A DNA stretch of 32,977 nt from a virus (taxonomy: Duplodnaviria > Heunggongvirae > Uroviricota > Caudoviricetes), in the IMG/VR virus record IMGVR_UViG_2713896908_000011, positions 1 through 32,977 of that record. One strand, given 5' to 3'. The notes beneath the pieces were generated by a model that was not told the DNA's origin, did no database searches, and worked only from the letters and a program-made list of their open reading frames with translations. Below, piece by piece: positions 8,343-17,140 of this stretch (the stretch's first letter is position 1; each line of letters opens with the position of its first letter). The position numbers were made by a program, and so were the translations under genes.

Positions 8343-9851
8343 TTATTCTTCGGACTGGTCGTCGGTGTGCTGCGGCTCCTGTCGTTTCGTTGCGGCACTG
8401 CTGCCTCCTTTATCACTGGCCGGATCGGTATCAAATACCAGATCCAGCTTGCGGTTTTCATCAATTTCGGCCTTGCGCCGACGTTTGACATCATCCGGAT
8501 TACGACCACCAGCACGTACCCAGTCTGATTCTGTCGCCGCTCCACCACGAATCTGGATTTTCCAGGCCTCAGCCTCCTTAACAGGGTCAATCCACGGCAT
8601 CACTGGTCCGGAATACACCGCGGTATACAGTGAAGAACGGTCAAGATCGCGGGGTAGCCTGATAACACCGGATGCCACAGCCTGTTTCAGCCAGGCACGA
8701 TACATCGGGCGGGTGACGGCACCAATAAACCAGTCCTGCAGGATCAGGTAGCCATCAGTAGACTCAACCAGTTCCTGACGCTGGGCGCTGTAAGTGCCGT
8801 TATAGTTGCGTGCCGTACTGGAAAAACTCAGACGACTGCCCGCCGCCACGGCACGCAACTGACCATTACGAAAAGTTTCAAGGTTAGGATTGGGACGATC
8901 CGACTTCACCATTCCGATTTCTTCGCCGGGTTTCAGATCGTCGTAAATAATGCCTGGCTGAATGGTAAGCTCGCGTTCATTCTCCTTGCTGTCATTACCA
9001 TCCGTTTCATAGCTCTGCCCGTCGCCTTTCCGGATGTACATCCCCAGAGCAGCGGCGATCCTTGCTGCAGTCAGCTCAGAATCTTCATACTCTTTCAGGG
9101 CGCTGAGGCGGATCAGCACACCGGACAATAAAGACGTCCCGCGCATCTGGTGCAGACGGCGAACAAATTTAAGATGCAGCATTCGCTCTGCATCCACTTC
9201 TTTGGTTTCCATCTGCCGTCCGGATACGGGACGGCTTTTATACACCAGATATTTTTCGGGACGCCCCCAGTCATCAACAAACACGCCCTGATTCAGCCTG
9301 TTGCTCTCATCACTGGTCATGGGAATAAAGTCCGGCTCGAGCGCCTCCAGCCAGAAATGAACACCGGCAGAAGGCGTCAGGCTGTTTATGCGCCCGGAAA
9401 CCATCTGGGCAAACACCTCACCATCGCGCAGCCAGGTACGCAGCATCAGACGTTCCAGCATCGGACGGGTAAACTGCCCGGTGACTTCCGGACTGACAGA
9501 CCATTCACTCCATCGGGTGCGTATCTCCGCTGCCAGATCACGGGCAATGGCCCCATTGCGTAATACCGGATGTGGCTCGACAATAATCCCGTTTTTCCCC
9601 ACCACCCGTTCTTCCAGCTTGTCAAATACACCAATGACCAGATCGTGGTTGTTATCAAGGTAACGGGCCTGCTCACGTAACGACACGGCCCCGTACTGGC
9701 TTAACTGGTCGGCAGTTCGGTTCTCCCGTCGGGCTTTGTGTGTCCGCGTCGTTTTTACGGCCTCATAAGCCTGGATCACCGCACGGGAACGCAGCCTTGC
9801 CGCTTTCCATCCTGGTGAAAAAACGCCAATCACATCATCAAGAATTGCCAT
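8343..9851 (-). CDS. portal protein
   Basis: About 500 aa between the gpW-like gene and the protease-capsid gene. Start set at Met (MAILDDVIGVF...) whose ATG overlaps the gpW-like stop by 1 nt; the track start at 9923 is the alternative. Confidence 0.85.
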   Translation of the reverse strand: MAILDDVIGVFSPGWKAARLRSRAVIQAYEAVKTTRTHKARRENRTADQLSQYGAVSLREQARYLDNNHDLVIGVFDKLEERVVGKNGIIVEPHPVLRNGAIARDLAAEIRTRWSEWSVSPEVTGQFTRPMLERLMLRTWLRDGEVFAQMVSGRINSLTPSAGVHFWLEALEPDFIPMTSDESNRLNQGVFVDDWGRPEKYLVYKSRPVSGRQMETKEVDAERMLHLKFVRRLHQMRGTSLLSGVLIRLSALKEYEDSELTAARIAAALGMYIRKGDGQSYETDGNDSKENERELTIQPGIIYDDLKPGEEIGMVKSDRPNPNLETFRNGQLRAVAAGSRLSFSSTARNYNGTYSAQRQELVESTDGYLILQDWFIGAVTRPMYRAWLKQAVASGVIRLPRDLDRSSLYTAVYSGPVMPWIDPVKEAEAWKIQIRGGAATESDWVRAGGRNPDDVKRRRKAEIDENRKLDLVFDTDPASDKGGSSAATKRQEPQHTDDQSEE

Positions 9852-10069
9852 CAGAACCTCGCCAGCCGGTACCCGGGATGCCCCCGTCGTCGTGTAATCA
9901 GAGCCGCAAGGCGGCGCTCCCACTCCTGCCGCCCCTGCCGGATCTCAGATAAGTTTTCCATGGTCATCTGCTGACCATTAAAAGTGACGGATTTTCCGTC
10001 CAGCACCGCCATTTCAGCTTCCGTATAACGCTGAATCATGGCTTCAATATCATTCTGATTCATAACCAT
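9851..10069 (-). CDS. W: head-tail joining protein (lambda gpW-like)
   Basis: 72 aa, located between terminase large subunit and portal as in lambda. C-terminal ...RRLAALITRRRGHPGYRLARF resembles the gpW C-terminus (...RRRGPAGFYV). Confidence 0.7.
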   Translation of the reverse strand: MVMNQNDIEAMIQRYTEAEMAVLDGKSVTFNGQQMTMENLSEIRQGRQEWERRLAALITRRRGHPGYRLARF

Positions 10070-12159
10070 CCTCCGGAAGTCAGCCAGGGGTTAACATCGT
10101 CAGTTACTGTTTTCTTCCGTTTTTGTTTTTTAACAGGCGTGGATACCGGTTCCGGTGAGGGTGACGGTTCGGTACTGTCCGGGACACACTCCAGCCAGGT
10201 TTCCCGGCTCGCCCACTCCGGTGCATCCGGCCAGCGGATCTTTTCGTATCCATGCAGAATGACCAGAGCCTCGGCATACACCATCAGGTCAAAAGCTTCG
10301 TTGGCACCGCGACCCGGTTTACTCCATTTCCCGTCACTGCTCCGCTCTTCATACGTCAGTTCGTCGTAAAACCAGCTCCCCAGCCAGTCAGGGAAATGCA
10401 CATAGCCGGGACCTGGCGAGTCACGCCATAACGCGTTATTCACCCGGTCTTTCAGGGCATCCGTCTGAAGAAGCCAGAGCGGCACATCACCTGCGGCCTG
10501 CGCCCGTCGGCCCGTTCGTCCGGTGTTATCAGGGAATGTACGGCTGATCAGTTTTGCGCGCCGGATGCTGTCGCCCTTAAACAGGTAAATACGTTTACCA
10601 AGGCCATCACGACGGCAACGACGCCAGAATTTATAGGCATTATCAGTGACCCCGTCTTCACCGCCGGAGTCCACCGCCATTGCCATCAGTCGCATTTGTT
10701 GAGAAGGATCGGAGGCCAGCGGCCAGCTTTTATGAAAAACATCCGTCAGCAGGACATCCCAGTCTTCCGGATAGCTGGCCGGATCAATTCGCTGGCTCTC
10801 CCCGTCGCTGTCACCGCGCAATGACTGCGTGATGTTGTAACGATCAATAATCCAGCGTTCGCCACGGCTGCCATAGCCCGTTACCTGAACCACAAAACGG
10901 CGATGACGTCCCGCCTGCACATCCACTGCCGCCACAAGGAAATTAACGCCATCCGGCACACTGCGGGAAGGAACTGGCTCTGCCCGCTGCTCAAGCAGTT
11001 CACTTTTTCGTTGCTCCATGCTGGCGCGGGGAAGATAAGGTAATCCCCAGTCGGTATTGATAACCGCCCTGAGTGTTTCTTCGCTTCCTGTCGCTTCATA
11101 CTCCTGTTCTGCAGTCAGTAATTTGTAAACCAGTTGCGCCCAGGTCTGATACGCAGCAGCTGGCCCTTCCATCCAGAAACTGGCGATACGGGAGCGGCGC
11201 GGTTCACCGGAAACGTTGCCGTTACGATCAATGACCTGACCTTCACGCAACCAGACTCCTGCACTATTGAGCTCACGCTTTTTCTCCGCAGTGATAATGC
11301 CGCTGCAGTGCGGGCAAAGTAGATACGCCGCCTCACTGGCTTTAAAGGGATCCGGTTCATTACGGTAGCCGGTCATGGCATCCATGGCTGGCTGAAAATA
11401 CTCACCACAGTGCGGACATGGCCAGTACCAGCGGCGGCGGTCACCACGATTGTAAAGGGAAAGAATACCAGTCGTCGGTGGCGCTTCATGAGGCGACTTA
11501 CGTCGCCATTTGCTGTCGCAGATGTCACGTCCCGGCGAGCTCTCCACCAGAGTCATCCCGGCGGACATAAATGTGGTGGTACGTTTTGAGGCCAGGGAGA
11601 AACCATCACCCTCGCTGTCGATATTCTCCGGAAAACGGTCGTAATCGGTTAAGGCGACAAACCGGTAATCCGACGACGACATAATGTTGACCGAGGGCCA
11701 ACCAATTTTAAGGAACGAGCCATCCCTGAACGTCTTATCATGAACATTATTGTCGTTACGACGTGGACTCATTCTTTTCTTTACCGCCGCACTGCTTCTG
11801 AACGTTCTGTCGAGGCGCTTTTTAGAATGCTCGCGGGCCTTATCTTCGGTCATCTGCACAACGAGCATGTCCGAAGGATCGCAAACGATGGTATAGACAA
11901 TCCATCCATCGATCAGACCAATGGTCTTCCCTGTTCGCGCAGGACCAACAAAAATCACCGCATCGTATTCACGCGATGCCAGGCAGTTCATGGGCTCAAT
12001 GATGTAGGGTGTCAGTTCAGGATCCCATGGCACCGAGTTACCAGCCCCCTTGGGAACACGCATGAATTTTTTAACAGCCCCCGAAATCGGCATGCGACGT
12101 GGTGGGGAAAATCCTGCCGATATGTCCCTTCCCAAATTTCGGGCTGATGAAAAACCCAT
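10060..12159 (-). CDS. A: terminase large subunit (lambda gpA family)
   Basis: 699 aa with Walker A-like VGPARTGKT and CPHCGEYF/CPHCSG zinc-finger-like motifs as in gpA-type terminases. AGGAGG Shine-Dalgarno precedes the ATG at 12159. Confidence 0.9.
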   Translation of the reverse strand: MGFSSARNLGRDISAGFSPPRRMPISGAVKKFMRVPKGAGNSVPWDPELTPYIIEPMNCLASREYDAVIFVGPARTGKTIGLIDGWIVYTIVCDPSDMLVVQMTEDKAREHSKKRLDRTFRSSAAVKKRMSPRRNDNNVHDKTFRDGSFLKIGWPSVNIMSSSDYRFVALTDYDRFPENIDSEGDGFSLASKRTTTFMSAGMTLVESSPGRDICDSKWRRKSPHEAPPTTGILSLYNRGDRRRWYWPCPHCGEYFQPAMDAMTGYRNEPDPFKASEAAYLLCPHCSGIITAEKKRELNSAGVWLREGQVIDRNGNVSGEPRRSRIASFWMEGPAAAYQTWAQLVYKLLTAEQEYEATGSEETLRAVINTDWGLPYLPRASMEQRKSELLEQRAEPVPSRSVPDGVNFLVAAVDVQAGRHRRFVVQVTGYGSRGERWIIDRYNITQSLRGDSDGESQRIDPASYPEDWDVLLTDVFHKSWPLASDPSQQMRLMAMAVDSGGEDGVTDNAYKFWRRCRRDGLGKRIYLFKGDSIRRAKLISRTFPDNTGRTGRRAQAAGDVPLWLLQTDALKDRVNNALWRDSPGPGYVHFPDWLGSWFYDELTYEERSSDGKWSKPGRGANEAFDLMVYAEALVILHGYEKIRWPDAPEWASRETWLECVPDSTEPSPSPEPVSTPVKKQKRKKTVTDDVNPWLTSGGWL

Positions 12160-12167
12160 TATTCCTC

Positions 12168-12695
12168 CTAGAGACTCTCTCCTTCCTCATCAGGAATTAA
12201 TTCAGCAGCACAAGCCTCGTAGGATTTTTCCTGAAGAGTGTATCGCAGGTCATCAATGGCCTGCTGTACAACGCCGACGGCCTGAGGAGTCAGGGCGCAA
12301 TCGCGTTCAAGAACATCCGGAATTGTCTCCAGAACCTGGACGACAGCCTTTCTCATGGACGAATAGACGATGACTACTTCATCAACTGGGATGAGTTTTC
12401 GCTGCTCCTTTTCCAGCTTGATCCTTTCATTTTCAGACTGGTACCAGTCCTTTCTCTCTTTCGGCTCCATACGGGATGGATCATGAACAGAGTCTGCTGC
12501 CTCATGCTTCACACTAAACAGGGCTGGCCCGACATGCTGCAGGGCGTAAACGGGGTTCCCCCTGACAGTCGCCGCCACAGGAGTGTTGGCCGCGAGGAGC
12601 CGTTTTTTTACTGTGTCCCGGTGAAGCCCAAAGGCCTCGGCGATTTTAAAAACACTCCAGTAATAAGCATCACCGATCCCGCTCACATTTGACAT
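12168..12695 (-). CDS. Nu1: terminase small subunit (Nu1-like)
   Basis: Immediately upstream of the large subunit; N-terminal HTH-like segment (...SVFKIAEAFGLHRDTVKKRL...) resembles Nu1. Start set at the second Met (MSNVS...) which has GGAG upstream; track start is 12707. Confidence 0.75.
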   Translation of the reverse strand: MSNVSGIGDAYYWSVFKIAEAFGLHRDTVKKRLLAANTPVAATVRGNPVYALQHVGPALFSVKHEAADSVHDPSRMEPKERKDWYQSENERIKLEKEQRKLIPVDEVVIVYSSMRKAVVQVLETIPDVLERDCALTPQAVGVVQQAIDDLRYTLQEKSYEACAAELIPDEEGESL

Positions 12696-13212
12696 AAGCA
12701 ACTCCATCTGGCAGGTGAAAATCAGGTTTATTTATATATTTCAATTAATTGCAAACTGGTCTAATGACAGGGAGAAAAAAATATTGTACAGGTGAAAAGA
12801 GAAATAACTTTTAATTATCAATAAATTACTAAACATGTTGCCGCCGCCATGGAAATGCAAAAACTAGCCTTTTTCCGCGACGCTCCCGCCCCGTGGCAAG
12901 CCCCTCCACCGGGAGGACCCGTCAGCCTGACAGCTCTGACGAACGTCTGATACCGCGCCTTGCATGAATGGCATCGGGATAATCCAGAAAGGAATAGCAT
13001 CGTACCCACAAGAATCTGTGTGAGTGTCCTGTTTCTTCCCCCCCCGCACAGGACTGGCGAGCATGAGGGACAAACCCGCGAATCATTAGCGCGGTAAAAA
13101 CCCGGTGTGCATCGTTTTTGATTATTCCCGCACACTCACGCAGAAGGAGTTCCCCGTCGGGCTACGGTCATGGTTAATGCAGGAATACAGCGACGATACA
13201 GCGCATGATGTG

Positions 13213-13767
13213 TCAGGCTTGAATCCCCTTATCGAATCCCGGTAATAAAAACTGTCCCTGTCTCTCCAGGCGTTTCAGCTTTGCAAGCAATTGAGGTTTT
13301 TTCGTTCTCCCCCAGCGATTGAGCAGACGGCCTGACATGCTGGCGACATCCTTCTCTTTCATGTACTCCAGCATTACGGCATTTCTCTCTTCTTCAAATT
13401 GACGATGACCAACCTGAAGCATGGCGTACATCCAGTTAAATGCGTTGATATAAGCAATTTTGATACGCATTGCTTCTTTTTTGGTGTAGGACATAACCAA
13501 AAGCATCACCCCATCCTTGCGGAGACGGTAGAATTTTTGCGGCTTACCATTCTGTAACTCATTGTTTTTATAGCAAAGCTCAAAGTTGAGCTTTGTATCA
13601 AACTCAGGAGGGCAAGCTTCTATGGTTCGTTCAATGTCACGAACTACGTTCTTCGGCAGCTTTCCAAATGCTTTTGCCACCATAAAAGAATCTGTAACCG
13701 GATCGTTGTTTGCCACAAAAATCAGATCTCGGAAATCGATGCCGTTAACGATAGTTGGATAATTCAT
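13213..13767 (-). CDS. Rha-family phage regulatory protein
   Basis: N-terminal pattern ...VTDSFMVAKAFGKLPKNVVRDIERTI...LNFE...KDGVMLLVMSYTKKEAMRIKIAYINAFNWM fits the Rha/pRha family signature as I recall it. Confidence 0.7.
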   Translation of the reverse strand: MNYPTIVNGIDFRDLIFVANNDPVTDSFMVAKAFGKLPKNVVRDIERTIEACPPEFDTKLNFELCYKNNELQNGKPQKFYRLRKDGVMLLVMSYTKKEAMRIKIAYINAFNWMYAMLQVGHRQFEEERNAVMLEYMKEKDVASMSGRLLNRWGRTKKPQLLAKLKRLERQGQFLLPGFDKGIQA

Positions 13768-13912
13768 CAGTGCTCACCTTTTAGTGATGAACCTTGTCAC
13801 ACAGGATTCCGGCCCACAGAAAGGCACCGATCACAAAACCGGCATCCTCAAGGGTCATCCTGAAAGGTTCTGTGTTCATAAGTCGCGCGTGTGAAGCGCG
13901 TTTACTGCGGAC

Positions 13913-13938
13913 ATAAAAAAGCCCCGCATCGCGAGGCT
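13913..13938 (-). terminator. rho-independent terminator downstream of the lysis cassette
   Basis: On the minus transcript, hairpin GCCUCGC-GAU-GCGGGGC (one G-U wobble) followed by U6 (plus A-run 13915..13920); 30 nt after the Rz stop. Confidence 0.6.
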
Positions 13939-13970
13939 CATTAAATTGACTTTGTGATTTGCAAAAAAAA

Positions 13971-14420
13971 TTATTTCAGGCATTGCGTCCTGATGTACTC
14001 CTGCAGGTAGTTAACCTGCGCGGTTATCCTGTCGATTCCACTTCGGAGACGGTAATAATTGAGTTCAGCATCTGCTGTAAGTCTTGAGCTTTCTCCATCG
14101 CCCATGCTGCTGGCTCCGGTCGTTGACTTTGCACAGGTGGCGGTGACTTGCAGGCGCTTACGCCCAGCAGAAACATCAGCACGTAGACTTTCGATAGTCG
14201 CGTTAGCATCAGCAAGCTCCTTTGTGTATCTGGCATCGAGTTCTGCTACATCACGTTGACGCTTCTGCATGTCAGCGATGATGTACGTGGCTTTATCGCG
14301 CTGTTCTTTATAGGTAATGGCGTTATCACGGTAATGATTAACAGCCCATGACAGACAGACGATGATGCAGATAACCAGAGTGGAGATAATCGCGGTTACT
14401 CTGCTCATTTCTGCCCCCAC
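13971..14420 (-). CDS. Rz: i-spanin Rz
   Basis: 149 aa with an N-terminal TM helix ([18 protein letters not shown]) then a coiled-coil periplasmic domain, immediately after the endolysin, with an embedded lipoprotein ORF in another frame. Confidence 0.85.
   Translation of the reverse strand: MGAEMSRVTAIISTLVICIIVCLSWAVNHYRDNAITYKEQRDKATYIIADMQKRQRDVAELDARYTKELADANATIESLRADVSAGRKRLQVTATCAKSTTGASSMGDGESSRLTADAELNYYRLRSGIDRITAQVNYLQEYIRTQCLK
14024..14209 (-). CDS. Rz1: o-spanin Rz1 (lipoprotein embedded within Rz)
   Basis: ORF nested in Rz in a different frame, with lipobox LLGVSAC followed by a proline-rich stretch ([13 protein letters not shown]), as in lambda Rz1. Start set at the internal Met ([20 protein letters not shown]...); the exact start is uncertain. 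Confidence 0.75.
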   Translation of the reverse strand: MLTRLSKVYVLMFLLGVSACKSPPPVQSQRPEPAAWAMEKAQDLQQMLNSIITVSEVESTG

Positions 14421-14902
14421 AAACAGACTTCACGCTCAATCTCACGGCGAGTCATCAGGCCTTTCCATTGCTTACCGCCAGCATATGTCCAGCGACGTAA
14501 CTGGTCACATGCCCCTTTGATATCACCCTGGTTTATTTTGCGAAGAAGAGTCGATGTTCTGAAATTGCCTGCACCCACATTATAGACGAACGAGTAAAGA
14601 GCGCCGCGCGTTGTTTCCGGTATATCAACTTTGATGTACGGGTTAATTTGCCTGGCGACCGTGGCAAGGTCTTTATTCAGGAGGGCTTTGCATTCTGCTT
14701 CGGTATACGTTTTACCGAGCATAATGTCTTTTCCGGTGTGCCCGTAACATACAGTCCATACGCCAACGATATCTTTATATGGTATGTAGCTGACACCTTC
14801 CAGACCATCGTCACCACTCGGACCAGTGATGAGCACAGACGCTATGGCAACAGCCCCACCACCAATAGCAGCTGCAACAGCCTTGCGTAATGATGGCGAC
14901 AT
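14405..14902 (-). CDS. R: SAR endolysin (phage 21 R21-type lysozyme)
   Basis: N-terminal Gly/Ala-rich weakly hydrophobic segment [20 protein letters not shown] typical of a signal-anchor-release domain, followed by a T4-lysozyme-like domain. Directly follows a pinholin gene (ATGA overlap at 14902). Confidence 0.85.
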   Translation of the reverse strand: MSPSLRKAVAAAIGGGAVAIASVLITGPSGDDGLEGVSYIPYKDIVGVWTVCYGHTGKDIMLGKTYTEAECKALLNKDLATVARQINPYIKVDIPETTRGALYSFVYNVGAGNFRTSTLLRKINQGDIKGACDQLRRWTYAGGKQWKGLMTRREIEREVCLWGQK

Positions 14903-15117
14903 TATTCACCTCTCGCAGCCTTACGCTTATCTTCTTTAATCTTGAAATAAAGGTTTGTCAGGTACGTCAGCAAGCCAAATACCAAGCTCCCCAGCACACC
15001 AATTGCAGCCCACTGTGACGGAGTTACTTTATCGAGTAACTGCAGTGCCCAGAAGCCGGCATTACCTGCCGATGTGCCATAGGCGACACCTGTTGTTAAC
15101 TTATCCATTGATTTCAT
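14902..15117 (-). CDS. S: pinholin (phage 21 S21-like) with dual-start motif
   Basis: 71-aa sequence [31 protein letters not shown]...[22 protein letters not shown] is nearly identical to S21 as I recall it. Met1 and Met4 give the antiholin/holin dual start; two TM segments. Confidence 0.9.
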   Translation of the reverse strand: MKSMDKLTTGVAYGTSAGNAGFWALQLLDKVTPSQWAAIGVLGSLVFGLLTYLTNLYFKIKEDKRKAARGE

Positions 15118-15338
15118 ATCCTCACCCCGATGTACACGGATGGTGCAATATGTTTGAAAAGATCGGAGTCTACGGGTTATTTTTTACAGCAAACGTTGTT
15201 CTCAACGACGCTCAAAAAATAGAAGCTTAAAATAATGCGGTTAAATATTTTAAAAGAAAAACCATCTATTAAATAATAATGCGGGATATATTTTTCTATT
15301 TAGTGTACTGTATACGGCCATTTATACAGGAAAAGCCT

Positions 15339-15509
15339 ATGTCAGAACGTAAAGACTCAAAATCACGCCGTAATTATCTCGTAAAATGTTCCTGCCCAAA
15401 CTGTACCCAAGAATCAGAACACAGTTTTTCTAGAGTACAAAAAGGTGCCCTTTTGATCTGCCCTCATTGCAACAAAGTATTCCAAACAAATCTTAAAGCT
15501 GTTGCCTGA
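15339..15509 (+). CDS. small zinc-ribbon protein (CxxC...CxxC), function unknown
   Basis: Start set at the internal ATG preceded by AGGAAAAG (MSERKDSKSRRNYLVKCSCPNCTQ...LICPHCNKVF...). Two CxxC pairs; opposite strand to the flanking late genes. The track ORF starts at 15279. Confidence 0.5.
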   Translation: MSERKDSKSRRNYLVKCSCPNCTQESEHSFSRVQKGALLICPHCNKVFQTNLKAVA

Positions 15510-15568
15510 GTGTTTTGATTACTTACAAAGAGTTTTTATATTTTAATAATATATTTAAATCAGATAAT

Positions 15569-15593
15569 AAAAAACCCGCCTGCGCGGGTTTGA
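15569..15593 (-). terminator. rho-independent terminator downstream of the cold-shock gene (possibly bidirectional)
   Basis: Hairpin CCCGC-CTGC-GCGGG flanked by an A-run on the plus side, so on the minus transcript it is followed by UUUUUUAUU. Confidence 0.6.
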
Positions 15594-15790
15594 GATTGTG
15601 GTGCTTTTTGTGGTAGTTACCCACTTACGCACTTTGTATTGCTATGCCAGCAGTTAGCTTCTACTGTAAAACTATTCATGCAGCAAACCTGCACTTCACC
15701 ACAAAATGGGATTCAATACCCACAACTCTATCTGCATCTCTACTCAGGCATCAGCCTTCTTCGTTATCGTATACAGACAAGCTATGAATT

Positions 15791-16006
15791 TTAATCAGTA
15801 ATAATGACATTTGCTGCTGCAGGACCTTTAGCACCACTCTCTACAGAGAAGGTAACCTTTTGGCCTTCAAATAAGGTTCGATAATTATCATTCTGAATTG
15901 CAGAAAAATGCACAAACACATCTTTACTACCATCAACAGGAGAAATAAAGCCAAAACCTTTATCAGCGTTAAACCATTTTACTAAACCAGTCATTTTATT
16001 TGACAT
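15791..16006 (-). CDS. cspB: cold-shock protein, CspA family (CspB-like)
   Basis: [53 protein letters not shown]... carries the RNP1 (KGFGFI) and RNP2 (VFVHF) motifs and matches E. coli CspB (a Qin prophage gene) as I recall it. AAGGAA Shine-Dalgarno is present. Confidence 0.9.
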   Translation of the reverse strand: MSNKMTGLVKWFNADKGFGFISPVDGSKDVFVHFSAIQNDNYRTLFEGQKVTFSVESGAKGPAAANVIITD

Positions 16007-16170
16007 TCTACATTCCTTAACTTGAGCCTTTCGGCATAAATGATTTGTATAACAGAAACGACTTCGTACTTAATTGGAGAGACTCAAAGAAGGAATAAGT
16101 GAATAACACCTGAAATGAGAACTGCTTTAGTAAACTACTTCGTATATCGTCTGTTCTTCAAACCGACGCT
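16007..16170 (-). promoter_or_regulatory. long 5' leader of the csp gene with cold-box-like element
   Basis: CspA-family mRNAs have ~160-nt structured leaders. The minus-strand sequence here contains GAAGAACAGACGAUAUACGAAG, reminiscent of the cspA cold box (UGACGUACAGA). Boundaries are approximate. Confidence 0.4.
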
Positions 16171-16247
16171 GTCATTAACGCATAGTTGTACACCTGGAAG
16201 CAATGTTTATTTTAGACATCCAGCCATCTCCCCATTTAAAACACAAA

Positions 16248-16267
16248 AACCCGCTCATTAGCGGGTT
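16248..16267 (-). terminator. candidate tR'-like terminator downstream of PR'
   Basis: Perfect hairpin AACCCGCT-CATT-AGCGGGTT flanked by A- and T-runs; on the minus transcript it is followed by UUUUUGUGUUUU. About 50 nt downstream of the predicted PR' start. Confidence 0.55.
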
Positions 16268-16314
16268 TTCTACTTTTTCTCAACACCGGACATACAAAGC
16301 CCATTGTTGAGAAA

Positions 16315-16343
16315 ATTTTATCCATGTTTTTTGAAAAATGCAA
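16315..16343 (-). promoter_or_regulatory. candidate late promoter PR' (sigma70 -35/-10) just downstream of Q
   Basis: Minus strand reads TTGCAT - 17 nt - TAAAAT (-35 at plus 16338..16343, -10 at plus 16315..16320), 30 nt downstream of the Q stop, the canonical PR'/qut position in lambdoid phages. Confidence 0.5.
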
Positions 16344-16374
16344 ACATCATGTCGATATCTTCGGCGAAAATTAT

Positions 16375-17127
16375 TTATCTTGTCACTTTTCTCAACAGTG
16401 CTTCTGCATATGCTTCTTCCTGCCAGCACTTTGTAACCAGTTTATCAATAACATCAGCATACCCCTTGTACCACTGATAATCCGTCAGGTCCGGTACCAG
16501 TTTCTGGACATGATGCCGCGCCAGTGTGGTTGGTAAACGGCTAAACCGATTTCCATTGCAACGCCCACAAATCTTATAAACCGGCGTGCCATGAAGCCGG
16601 GTTCTTTTTTCATCCAGGACAATACCTTTACCCTTACACCCTCTGCACGCTGTGCTGACTTCTCCCTTACCATGGCAATGCTGACATAGTTCCTTCACCC
16701 ACTCTTCCTTGATAACAGATTCCCCGCTTCTGGAGTGTTTCACCACTTCGCGCAATACATTATGAAATCCAGTACCAGCACAATGCTCACAGCGAGCCTT
16801 ACTTGCCGCAGACCTGGAATAATCAGCAAAGGCAAAATTCACAAGGTAAGGGATGATCTGTAACCGGGTTTCTTCACTCAATTTATTCAATGTCGGGTTA
16901 TCCAGTGCCATCGCGTAATTGAGCAGACCTTCGATCGCAAACTGAGGATCCTGAACACCAACTTTTGCCAGGAATAAGGCAAAACCCAGTGGTGCTTTCG
17001 ACTGCACCATCCCCTGCGCAGCCATCACATCTGTAATTGTTAAACCACCCGAGCCTGTCGCCGGTGCGTCATCACTCAATTTTGGAGATTTTGGGGAGTA
17101 ATATTTTGGTAAGGCTTCAAGGTTCAT
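16375..17127 (-). CDS. Q: late-gene antitermination protein Q (phage 21/82-type family)
   Basis: 250 aa with multiple CxxC pairs (CEHCAGTG, CQHCHGKG, CRGCKGKG, CGRCNG) typical of zinc-binding Q proteins; positioned between the early/replication genes and the lysis genes. Confidence 0.8.
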   Translation of the reverse strand: MNLEALPKYYSPKSPKLSDDAPATGSGGLTITDVMAAQGMVQSKAPLGFALFLAKVGVQDPQFAIEGLLNYAMALDNPTLNKLSEETRLQIIPYLVNFAFADYSRSAASKARCEHCAGTGFHNVLREVVKHSRSGESVIKEEWVKELCQHCHGKGEVSTACRGCKGKGIVLDEKRTRLHGTPVYKICGRCNGNRFSRLPTTLARHHVQKLVPDLTDYQWYKGYADVIDKLVTKCWQEEAYAEALLRKVTR

Positions 17128-17140
17128 GCTCGTTCTCCAC

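Noticed and set aside
12818-13135. Minus-strand ORFs 12818..13135 and 12864..13073 upstream of Nu1
   Set aside because: They lie in the expected cos/packaging region, overlap each other in different frames, are Arg/Cys/Gly-rich from GC-rich DNA, and lack convincing ribosome-binding sites.
14955-15230. Plus-strand 91-aa ORF antisense to the holin gene
   Set aside because: Overlaps the near-identical S21 pinholin on the opposite strand.
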